A DNA stretch of 64,000 bases, from NCBI GenBank assembly GCA_965223345.1, contig CBDCWG010000007.1, positions 64,001 through 128,000 of the forward strand, read 5' to 3'. A program made the translations under genes and the position numbers. How positions within the stretch are numbered: position 1 is the first letter of the stretch; the number at the start of each line of letters is the position of its first letter. Shown here in pieces: positions 1-7,938 of this stretch. The DNA comes from Nitrospinales bacterium (GTDB taxonomy: Bacteria; Nitrospinota; Nitrospinia; Nitrospinales; VA-1). Under the pieces are notes generated by a model. The model worked only from the letters and a program-made list of their open reading frames with translations, ran no database searches and was not told where the DNA came from.

Positions 1-1
1 C

Positions 2-1975
2 ATCACGGTCTGCCCGACCGGCGCGCTGATGGACATGACCTCGGGAGCCCGCGGGCTCGCCGCCATGTTCAAGCAGACGCACAGCACCTGCAACTACTGT
101 TCGTGGGGCTGCACGGTGCGGATGGAATCGAAAAGCGGCAAGGTGGTGCGCATCGAAGGCGACGAATCCTACAACCTCGGCATCAACGAGGGCAACCTGT
201 GCGCCAAGGGCCGCTTCGGGCACGGCATCATCCACAACGAGGACCGCATCCAGACCCCGCTGATGAACTTCGGCGGCGAATTCAAGGAAGTGTCCTGGGA
301 CGAAGCGCTGAGCACGATCGCCGAACGGTTTCAAGCGACGGTCAACCGCGGCGGGCCGGAAGCGATCGCCGGCATCGGTTCGGAAAAGATGACCAACGAG
401 GAAGCCTACCTGTTCCAGAAACTGTTCCGCGGGCATTTCGGCTCCAACCAGGTGACCAATCTTTCGGAGCTGCGCGCGCCGTATGTGAACCGCTTCATGG
501 TCGAATGCTTCGAAAACGGCATCGAGTCCAAGCCGGTCACGGAGCTGGAAAACGCGGACGTGGTGCTGATCTTCAATTCGGACCTGCCTTCGGAATACCC
601 GGTCGGCGGCAACTCGGTGCGCAAGGGCGCGGTGTTCACCAAAACCGACATCCTGATCGCCAACCCGCGCAACGTGGTGTTCAACAACGAGTCGCCGATC
701 GACATCCGGCTGACCTACACGCACGGCGCCGACCTGGCCGTGGCGAACCGCTTGTGCCGCATCCTGATCGACAACAAGCTCGTCGATACCGCGAAAGTCA
801 AAGCGGCGCTGCCCAACTACGACGAGCTGGTGAAATCGCTCAAGCCCTACACGGATAAAGAGGCGGAAAAACTCACCGGCCTTTCCGATGCCATCCTCAC
901 GCAGGCGGCGGAGCGGTTCGCGCGCGATGCGGACCGGTTCATCCTCATCGGCAACGACATTCTCGACACGGGACAGGGTGAAGACGTACTCAAGGCCCTG
1001 CTCAACCTGTCGCTCCTGGTGCAGCACGGCTCCACCGGCAGCGTCAGCATCTACCCGCCGCGCGAGCACTGCAATTCCCAGGGGGTCAACGACATGGGCG
1101 TGACGCCCGTGTTCCTGCCGGGATACCAGCCGGCGGACAACAAGGAACCCAATCTCGCGGAAAACCTGTTCGAAAACTGCGCGCAGGGCAAGATCAAGCT
1201 GCTCTACATCGCCGGCGAGGATCCGCTGCAAACCTATTACAAGGCGGCGCTCGCCAAGGACGCGCTGCAGACGGTGCCGTTTCTGGTGGTGCAGGACATC
1301 TTCATGACGGAAACCGCGAAAATGGCGGACATCATCCTCCCGCTTTCGACGTTCGCCGAAAAGGAAGGCACCTACACCAACATGACCCGGCACGTGCAGA
1401 AGGTGAACCCGGCGACGCTGCCGCTGGGAACCTCCAAACCGGATTTCGACATCCTGTGCGAGCTGGCCGAGGCGATCGGCAAGCCGTTCGCAAGCGGCAG
1501 CATCCAGGAAGTGCAGGAGGAGATCGCCAAAGAAGTGGCGATCTATGCGGATGTGTTTCCCGGCGACGACTCGAAGCAGTGGAAGCCGACCGGATTCGCG
1601 ACGAAAGCGGAGTTTAAAATCTGCGCGCCCTACAAAAAAGCGGAGGGTAACGGATCGTATCCGTTCAGCCTGCAGACCAACAACCACATGTTCCACATCG
1701 GCAGCTACACCCAGCATGCGAAAGCGCTGGTGGACATCGGTCCCGAATGCCTAGCCGAGATCCATCCCGAGGATGCGGAAAACCTGGGCGTGGACACCGG
1801 CGACACGATCGTCGTGGAATCGGCGAGCGGCAAGGTGGAAGTGAAGGTCAAGACGAGCCCGGTGAGCGCGAAAGGCATGCTGTATATTCCGAAAAACTGG
1901 ACGGACGTTCCGGTCCACAGCCTGCGCAACGGCGAAGAGGGGCTGGTTTCCATCAAGGTTTCCAAGGCCGGCTGA
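2..1975 (+). CDS. nuoG: NADH-quinone oxidoreductase subunit G-like / molybdopterin-oxidoreductase-fold Fe-S protein (5' partial)
   Basis: Frame is open to the window start (ITVCPTGALMD, end of a ferredoxin motif). CNYCSWGC...NLCAKGRFG 4Fe-4S motif, FAEKEGTYTN motif, C-terminal molybdopterin-binding-like domain; directly upstream of nuoD. Confidence 0.75.
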   Translation: MTVCPTGALMDMTSGARGLAAMFKQTHSTCNYCSWGCTVRMESKSGKVVRIEGDESYNLGINEGNLCAKGRFGHGIIHNEDRIQTPLMNFGGEFKEVSWDEALSTIAERFQATVNRGGPEAIAGIGSEKMTNEEAYLFQKLFRGHFGSNQVTNLSELRAPYVNRFMVECFENGIESKPVTELENADVVLIFNSDLPSEYPVGGNSVRKGAVFTKTDILIANPRNVVFNNESPIDIRLTYTHGADLAVANRLCRILIDNKLVDTAKVKAALPNYDELVKSLKPYTDKEAEKLTGLSDAILTQAAERFARDADRFILIGNDILDTGQGEDVLKALLNLSLLVQHGSTGSVSIYPPREHCNSQGVNDMGVTPVFLPGYQPADNKEPNLAENLFENCAQGKIKLLYIAGEDPLQTYYKAALAKDALQTVPFLVVQDIFMTETAKMADIILPLSTFAEKEGTYTNMTRHVQKVNPATLPLGTSKPDFDILCELAEAIGKPFASGSIQEVQEEIAKEVAIYADVFPGDDSKQWKPTGFATKAEFKICAPYKKAEGNGSYPFSLQTNNHMFHIGSYTQHAKALVDIGPECLAEIHPEDAENLGVDTGDTIVVESASGKVEVKVKTSPVSAKGMLYIPKNWTDVPVHSLRNGEEGLVSIKVSKAG

Positions 1976-2050
1976 CAGTGACCGGCTTCATTTTCAATCC
2001 GGGAGCGACTTCTCCCGCCGGCTTCGGCCGGGCGCAACTTCTCAAACTCC

Positions 2051-3241
2051 ATGGCTGATTTAAAAGAAAGTCTGCATACCGATCACATGGTCCTGAACAT
2101 GGGACCTTCCCACCCTGCCACCCACGGCACGGTGAAGTTCCTTCTGACTCTGGACGGCGAAACGGTCGTGGACATGGTGGTCGAGGTCGGCTACCTGCAC
2201 CGCGGGTTCGAGAAGATGTGCGAGAGCGTCACCTACTCCAACGTGTTCCCCTACACGGACCGCCTGAACTACTGTTCGGCGATCATGAACAACATCGGGT
2301 TCGCGCTGGCGGTGGAAAAGCTGTGCGACATCCAGACGACGGACCGCTGCGACTACATCCGTGTCGTCACCAACGAGTTGTCCCGCATCTCGGACCACTA
2401 CACCAACATCGCGGCGGCGGCGCTGGAGCTGGGGGCACTGACGGCCTTCATCTATTTCGTGGAAGCGAGGGAAATCGTCTGGGATCTTTTGGAAAAAGTC
2501 TGCGGCGCGCGCCTGACTTCCAACTACGTCCGCATCGGCGGGCTGATGTGCGATCTGCCTCCGGGGTTCGATGAAGATCTGGAAGCGTCCTACAAAAAAC
2601 TCGATCCGCTGTTCGACGATGTGGACAAGCTGCTGACGAAAAACCGCATCTTCCTCGACCGCATGCGCGACACCGGCGCGATTTCTGCGGAGGACGCGAT
2701 CAACTGGGGATTCACCGGGCCGTGCCTGCGGGCCTGTGGGGTCGATTACGACGTGCGCAAAAAACATCCGTACCTGGTGTACGACCGGCTCGATTTCGAC
2801 ATCCCGCTGGGAACCACCGGCGACAATTTCGACCGCTACCTGGTGCGCATGGAAGAGATCAAGCAGAGCTTCAAGATCATCAAGCAGGCCATGAAGGACA
2901 TGCCCGACGGCCCGATCAACGTGGCCAACCCTTACATGCGCAACCCGGCCAAGCCGGATGTGTATTCGCGCATGGAAGAGATGATCGCGCATTTCAAGAT
3001 GGTGATCGACGGCCTCAAACCCCCGGTGGGCGAAGTCTATTTTCCTTCCGAAGCGGCGAACGGCGAGCTGGGTTTTTACATCGTCAGCGACGGAACGGGC
3101 AACCCCTACAAATGCCGTGTGCGCCCGCCCTGCTTCACCATGACCGCCGCTCTCGCGGACATCTGCAAGGGAGGGATGCTGGCGGACATCATTCCCACGT
3201 TCGACATGATCAACATGATCGGCGGTGAGTGCGACCGCTGA
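2051..3241 (+). CDS. nuoD: NADH-quinone oxidoreductase subunit D
   Basis: LNMGPSHPATHG, GYLHRGFEK, DRLNY, EAANGELG, C-terminal GGECDR; no Ni-binding CxxC pairs. Confidence 0.95.
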   Translation: MADLKESLHTDHMVLNMGPSHPATHGTVKFLLTLDGETVVDMVVEVGYLHRGFEKMCESVTYSNVFPYTDRLNYCSAIMNNIGFALAVEKLCDIQTTDRCDYIRVVTNELSRISDHYTNIAAAALELGALTAFIYFVEAREIVWDLLEKVCGARLTSNYVRIGGLMCDLPPGFDEDLEASYKKLDPLFDDVDKLLTKNRIFLDRMRDTGAISAEDAINWGFTGPCLRACGVDYDVRKKHPYLVYDRLDFDIPLGTTGDNFDRYLVRMEEIKQSFKIIKQAMKDMPDGPINVANPYMRNPAKPDVYSRMEEMIAHFKMVIDGLKPPVGEVYFPSEAANGELGFYIVSDGTGNPYKCRVRPPCFTMTAALADICKGGMLADIIPTFDMINMIGGECDR

Positions 3242-3348
3242 CCTCGCGTCTTCTTATCCAAAAATAATCCACAATCCTCCCCGGCCTGGGTTATTCTGAT
3301 TTTTACTGCTGGATTTTCGACTCCACCCTGTGAGGACTGCTTTCCCCT

Positions 3349-4344
3349 ATGATGAACGGTCTCAAATTGTTTTTTCTGCTGGCCGGCTTCGCTCTTTTGG
3401 GCTGGGCGCTGCAATCGGTGGACCTCGCCGAGGTGATGGATCTGCTGGTGCGGCTGGGATGGGGGTTCGTTCTGATCTTCATGATCTACGGCACCATCAC
3501 CCTGATCGACACGCTGGCCTGGAAGTACTGCTTCCGCCCCCAGGAGACCCGCCGTTTCAATCTGTGGCAATTGTGGCGCATCCGGCAGATCGGCGACGCC
3601 TACAACACGATCACGCCGCTCGGCACGCTCGGCGGCGAGCCGGTGAAAGCGCAGCTGTTGAAGGACGGGCACGGGCTCACCTTCAAGCAGGGGATCGCTT
3701 CGCAGGTGGCCGCCAAAACCACCTTTCTCGCCGGCCTCATCCTGTTTTTCGTTCCGGGCATCGTCCTCATTTTGAACTCGCAGACGATCGCGGATGAGTT
3801 CAAGACCGTGAGCCTGGTGGGGATGGGCGTGTTTTCCCTGCTCATCTTTCTGTTTTTTCTCTTCCAGATCACCGGCATGCTGGGAATCCTGACGCGCTGG
3901 GTCGCCGGATTTTCCAAAGAGCGGGACGTGTTCGGGCAGTTGGAGAACCTGGACGGTAAGATGTCCGGGTTTTACCGGCAGCACCCGAAACGCGCCTGGC
4001 TTTCGGTGCTGATCGCGTTTGTGGGCTGGGTGATCGGATTGAGTGAGTTGTACCTGATGCTGTACCTGTTGGGGTACCCACCCACCTGGCAGGAGTTGTG
4101 GATGATGGAAGCGCTGGGGCAGTTCGTGCGGATGGGAACGTTTTTCATCCCCATGAGCATCGGCGCTCAGGAAGGGGGACTGATCCTCATCTTCAGCGCC
4201 CTGGGTTATCCGGCCAATCTGGGGCTCACGGTGTCGTTCGCCGCGAGGATCAAGCAACTGGTCTGGGTGGCGCTGGGGCTGGTGCTGGGCGGCTGGAACC
4301 TGGCGGTCAAGCCGGCGGCGATCCAGCCCGACGCTTCGGAGTGA
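3349..4344 (+). CDS. Lysylphosphatidylglycerol synthase TM / flippase-like membrane protein (UPF0104, HpnL-like)
   Basis: Multi-TM protein with P-x-G-x-LGGEPVK and FFIPMSIGAQEGG motifs typical of this family. Confidence 0.75.
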   Translation: MMNGLKLFFLLAGFALLGWALQSVDLAEVMDLLVRLGWGFVLIFMIYGTITLIDTLAWKYCFRPQETRRFNLWQLWRIRQIGDAYNTITPLGTLGGEPVKAQLLKDGHGLTFKQGIASQVAAKTTFLAGLILFFVPGIVLILNSQTIADEFKTVSLVGMGVFSLLIFLFFLFQITGMLGILTRWVAGFSKERDVFGQLENLDGKMSGFYRQHPKRAWLSVLIAFVGWVIGLSELYLMLYLLGYPPTWQELWMMEALGQFVRMGTFFIPMSIGAQEGGLILIFSALGYPANLGLTVSFAARIKQLVWVALGLVLGGWNLAVKPAAIQPDASE

Positions 4345-4387
4345 GAATCCCGCACATCCTTCTTTTTGAAAGCGGCGCCGGATGCAC

Positions 4388-4807
4388 TCAGTGGACGTCG
4401 CGGCGGACGCCACGGTCGCGGCCCCGGCCACCGGGGGTGCGCTTCATGGATTCGGTGAAAACATCCCGCTCCTGCACCAGACCGTCGTGTTTGGTGCGGA
4501 TGGGATCGATGCGGTTTTTTTCCACCTCCTGGGCGGCTTCGTCGATCATCTCTTCTTCCTTCTTCTTCGCCGCGTCCGGTTTCGCCTCTGCGGTCTGAGC
4601 CTCCCCGCCTTCCGGTGCGGCGGCGGCCTCGCCCTCGCCTTCCTTGGGCTCTTCCAGGGATTCCTCTTCCGCCTCTTTCATGGATTTTTTGAAGTTCTTG
4701 ATGCTGCGGCCGAAAGCACTGCCGATTTCCGGGAGCTTGCCGGCTCCAAAAATGATCATGATGATGACCAGAATGATCATCAACTCGGGAAAACCGATGC
4801 CCATCAT
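4388..4807 (-). CDS. tatA: Twin-arginine translocase TatA/TatE subunit with long C-terminal tail
   Basis: GIGFPELMIILVIIMIIFGAGKLPEIGSAFGRSIKNFKK signature; AGGAG SD upstream. Confidence 0.9.
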   Translation of the reverse strand: MMGIGFPELMIILVIIMIIFGAGKLPEIGSAFGRSIKNFKKSMKEAEEESLEEPKEGEGEAAAAPEGGEAQTAEAKPDAAKKKEEEMIDEAAQEVEKNRIDPIRTKHDGLVQERDVFTESMKRTPGGRGRDRGVRRDVH

Positions 4808-4966
4808 AATGAGTTTCTCCTATCGCCTGCGGGGTGAACGTGGGGCCAGTCTATCAGAAGCAACCCGCAAAAACACCTGTTTAGGCATATTTTCGCAAAA
4901 TATCGGCGGAGGGTGGGTGCGGGAAGTAAGACCGGGGTTGCGGCGCTGCCGGTGCGGAAAACGACA

Positions 4967-4992
4967 AAGAGGCCGGAAGGCTCCGGCCTCTT
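4967..4992 (-). terminator. Probable intrinsic terminator downstream of the TPR gene
   Basis: 11-bp inverted repeat aagaggccgga/tccggcctctt with a 4-nt loop, followed by T-rich sequence on the minus strand. Confidence 0.55.
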
Positions 4993-5065
4993 CATCTTCA
5001 GCGGATTTTCTGAGAGAACGTTTTGGGGCCGCGCAATCCGGACCCCGAAGTTCTGCGAAAAACCC

Positions 5066-5431
5066 TCAATGACCGATGTGTGCGTTCAGGATCGGTGAAT
5101 TGAGGATTTTCTGGTTGCCGTTGGCGTTCTTTTTCGCGGCTTTGAAATGCATGGTGGCTTCTCCATGCCGCCCCAGCTTGTCCAGGCTGATGGCTTCATT
5201 GAAATGCGTCTCGCCTTTGCTCGAGTCGATTTTGGAAGCCATCTTGAAATGCATGAGCGCGCCTTCGTAGTTGCCTTTCTTCCATTCCGCGATGCCTTCC
5301 TCGTTGTGTTTGTTAGCCTCGGCGTTGGACCCTTCCACCTGAGGAAGCTGCATGGGACCTTCTGCGGCAAAGGCGGTCATGGGAAGGAAACTGAACATAA
5401 AGACGGTCAACAGTAGCAAAACTTTTTTCAT
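5066..5431 (-). CDS. Small secreted TPR-repeat protein
   Basis: Sec signal (MKKVLLLL...AFA) and two TPR-like repeats (HNEEGIAEWKKGNYEGA; HFNEAISLDKLGRHGEA). Confidence 0.8.
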   Translation of the reverse strand: MKKVLLLLTVFMFSFLPMTAFAAEGPMQLPQVEGSNAEANKHNEEGIAEWKKGNYEGALMHFKMASKIDSSKGETHFNEAISLDKLGRHGEATMHFKAAKKNANGNQKILNSPILNAHIGH

Positions 5432-5479
5432 GGCGAAATGCTCCCCAATAAATGGTTTTAAATTACCCCCCCAAACTCG

Positions 5480-5488
5480 TGTGGATAA
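5480..5488 (-). promoter_or_regulatory. Perfect DnaA box (TTATCCACA), intergenic
   Basis: TGTGGATAA on the + strand, upstream of the TPR gene. Confidence 0.35.
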
Positions 5489-5677
5489 ATATAAATTACC
5501 ATTTTGGCGTTTTTTTGAAAACCCTTATTTGGCAGGCGGAAGAACGGGAACCGGCGGTTTTTGAACCGATTGTCCCCTCCCCGCTGGCGCGGCAGACGCA
5601 GCGCCGTTACGCCGTGCGGATATTCCTGCGCTTTCCATTGTCAATTGGCAAACGCGGCGGCGGCGTCCCGGTGCGCA

Positions 5678-6166
5678 TCAGGGCTTTACGGCCGCACACG
5701 GCAACGCGGCCCTGCGGTGCGGATCGAGTTGTTTGAGAACGCCCCAGCCTCTGATTTTCAGTCCGATGCGGGAGGCGTAGGGGTTCCAGGCGGGACCGCC
5801 GGCGGCGCGCACGTGGACCTTGAGAGAGCCGGGGCCGTTCACGCTCACCCGTTGCAACGTGTCGCAGTGCGGCCCTTCGGTGATCTGATAGTCGTGGCGG
5901 CAGTACTCGCGGTCCGCAGGAAAAGACAGGACCGGATCGCCCGCACAGTGTTCGCCGGAGGACGCCGCACAGCGCACCGTCCACAGGAACGGCCGCACCG
6001 GCTGCGGCCCGGAGGCCGTGTGTGTCTCCGGCTGCCAGGCGCTTTTCACTGACGGCGCGGTGACGGCCGTGCAGCCCGCACCCCAAACCGGCAATAACAG
6101 AAACAGCCACACGCCACAGGCCCGGACTGGTTCACGCTGCAGGCCGCGGACGCCCGTTCGCTTCAC
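5678..6166 (-). CDS. Hypothetical Cys-rich lipoprotein
   Basis: GTG start overlaps the upstream stop (GTGA); hydrophobic stretch then lipobox GAGC; five further Cys in the mature part. Confidence 0.5.
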   Translation of the reverse strand: MKRTGVRGLQREPVRACGVWLFLLLPVWGAGCTAVTAPSVKSAWQPETHTASGPQPVRPFLWTVRCAASSGEHCAGDPVLSFPADREYCRHDYQITEGPHCDTLQRVSVNGPGSLKVHVRAAGGPAWNPYASRIGLKIRGWGVLKQLDPHRRAALPCAAVKP

Positions 6167-6531
6167 CGGCCCCGATCTCCCAGGCAGGGAAAGATGGCCT
6201 TGAGCGCGTCGGCGGTCAGGACGATGGGTTTCTGCCGCCACCGCTCCTGAAACGCCGCCAGCCATTTGGGAACCAGGCTTTCCCCCTTTTCCCGCTCAGC
6301 ATTATTTTGCGGCAGGCAAAACGCCGGGGCGGTTTTCTCTTTTGTGTAATGCTCGTGCGCATCGACGACGCCCTGGATGTAAGCCCGGCAGACGGAATCG
6401 TCGAACAGCAAGGTGTCTCCGGTGCAATAGCGGATCATGTCCATGCCCTTCCACTGATCGGCCTGGACGGAGGGAACCGCCATGAAAAACCCGATGAACG
6501 CCAGTACGGCGCCGTGCAAATTCTGTTTCAT
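6163..6531 (-). CDS. Rap1a/Tai-family T6SS amidase immunity-like periplasmic protein
   Basis: Signal peptide plus pattern G..M..YC...CRAYIQGVVDA...FCLP...ALKAIFPC with four conserved-type Cys. Confidence 0.75.
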   Translation of the reverse strand: MKQNLHGAVLAFIGFFMAVPSVQADQWKGMDMIRYCTGDTLLFDDSVCRAYIQGVVDAHEHYTKEKTAPAFCLPQNNAEREKGESLVPKWLAAFQERWRQKPIVLTADALKAIFPCLGDRGR

Positions 6532-6788
6532 GAGAGGGTGTGCCTTTCTGTTATTGGGAATGCGGACCGCGCGCGGCTGCGGCGCCCGATCGGGCAAGCA
6601 CCGAACGCGTGCAACCGGAGTTCGATCCTGACCGCCACCCTAGCACAGCGGCTTCGCCCCGTTCAACCGGCTGTTCCCCTGCCCTGCACGCACGCGAACG
6701 GACCGCTTTCGGTTCGCCCTGAGCGGGAACCGCCCGGCCCACAAATGATTGACCCGCAATGCAATTGGGTTTAAGATAATTTTTCGGG

Positions 6789-6797
6789 TGTGGATAA
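6789..6797 (-). promoter_or_regulatory. Perfect DnaA box (TTATCCACA), intergenic
   Basis: TGTGGATAA on the + strand in the divergent Rap1a/LRR intergenic region. Confidence 0.35.
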
Positions 6798-6920
6798 AAT
6801 CATTGTCCGCCCGGCCGGTCCTTGCGGCAACTCAGGGCCCGCGGTTGGTTGTGAGAAAACCCAAACAGTATCTTTTTTGTCCAACGTTTCAGTCCACCCG
6901 GTGCGAATCGGGCGGCGCGC

Positions 6921-7397
6921 TTGCATTTCGTGGAACTTGAGGAAATCGTAAAGAAAAACCTGATCGACGGTAAAATCCTGAACCTGGAAACCCGTAAAAT
7001 CGGCGACGAAGGGATCAAGAAACTCGCCAACATGGAACTCCTCTCCGACGTGGTGCAGCTGGAGTTGGGAGAAAACGAGATCAGCAACGAAGGCGTCGCG
7101 GCGCTGTGCCGGTCGCCCTACATCGGCAAGTTGCGGATCCTGAATCTCAAGTCGAACCAGATCACCGCCGAAGGCGCGAAATCCCTCGCGGACTGCGAAA
7201 AGCTTTCCCAACTGGACCAACTGGTCCTGAAGTTCAACCGCATCGGTGAAGAAGGCGCGAAATTCATTTCCGAATCCGAGACGCTCGGACAATTGACCAC
7301 TCTGGACCTGTTCCGCAACCGCATCGGTGAAGAAGGCGCGCGGGCCATCAAAACCTCGAAGAACTTTCGCAATCTCAACCGGGTCCGGCTGGACTGA
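6921..7397 (+). CDS. Leucine-rich repeat protein (RI-like/GALA-like)
   Basis: About five 27-aa repeats LxxLxLxxNxIgxEGAxxL. Confidence 0.85.
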   Translation: MHFVELEEIVKKNLIDGKILNLETRKIGDEGIKKLANMELLSDVVQLELGENEISNEGVAALCRSPYIGKLRILNLKSNQITAEGAKSLADCEKLSQLDQLVLKFNRIGEEGAKFISESETLGQLTTLDLFRNRIGEEGARAIKTSKNFRNLNRVRLD

Positions 7398-7440
7398 CCG
7401 TTTCCGGCCTCACCCGTGCAACCCACCCGGATCGCATCCG

Positions 7441-7878
7441 ATGGCGGCAACGCGTTTGTCTGACATGGACCTGAATCGATCGTTTCCCCGCAGCCCGACG
7501 GAAAAAATGGCGGGCCTGGTGCATCTGCCGCGCATGCTCGACAAGGCGCGGGCGAAGCGGAACGACACGCTTGGAGAATACATCTATCCCTGCCCCCTCG
7601 ACGACATCCTGCTCGAATTCCTCGGTGTCGATGGCGACGGGCTGGCGGACCGCGCCGGATCGCAGCCGGATGCAGACATCGCCCGCTGGGCGGCCGAACA
7701 GTGCGGTCATCGCAGCGAAGCGGAGAAGGAAGCGCTCAACCGCAGCATCCTGGACCGAAAACCCGATACGGATGAGAGGCGAAAAAAATTCATCGACGCA
7801 CGGGACAAAATCGCACCCAACCGGCAGGACATCACTACCTGGGTCGGCCTCATCGACCTTGAAGAAGGACGGCTTTGA
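7441..7878 (+). CDS. DUF5069-like protein
   Basis: PRSPxEKMAGLVHLPRMLDKARA...GEYIYPCPLD...FLG and C-terminal LIDLEEGR pattern. Confidence 0.75.
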   Translation: MAATRLSDMDLNRSFPRSPTEKMAGLVHLPRMLDKARAKRNDTLGEYIYPCPLDDILLEFLGVDGDGLADRAGSQPDADIARWAAEQCGHRSEAEKEALNRSILDRKPDTDERRKKFIDARDKIAPNRQDITTWVGLIDLEEGRL

Positions 7879-7938
7879 AGGTTCCCTGATTTTCGCGAAA
7901 TACGGGAACGCTTTGAGCTGAATCGTTTTTTTGCAGCA

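Noticed and set aside
2051..3241. Group 4 [NiFe]-hydrogenase large subunit
   Set aside because: Lacks both Ni-binding CxxC motifs; matches NuoD.
5432..6920. Replication origin
   Set aside because: Only two dispersed DnaA boxes, no dense cluster or unwinding element, and no dnaA/dnaN nearby.
7236..7340. 24-nt direct DNA repeat
   Set aside because: Reflects the LRR protein repeat NRIGEEGA, not a separate element.
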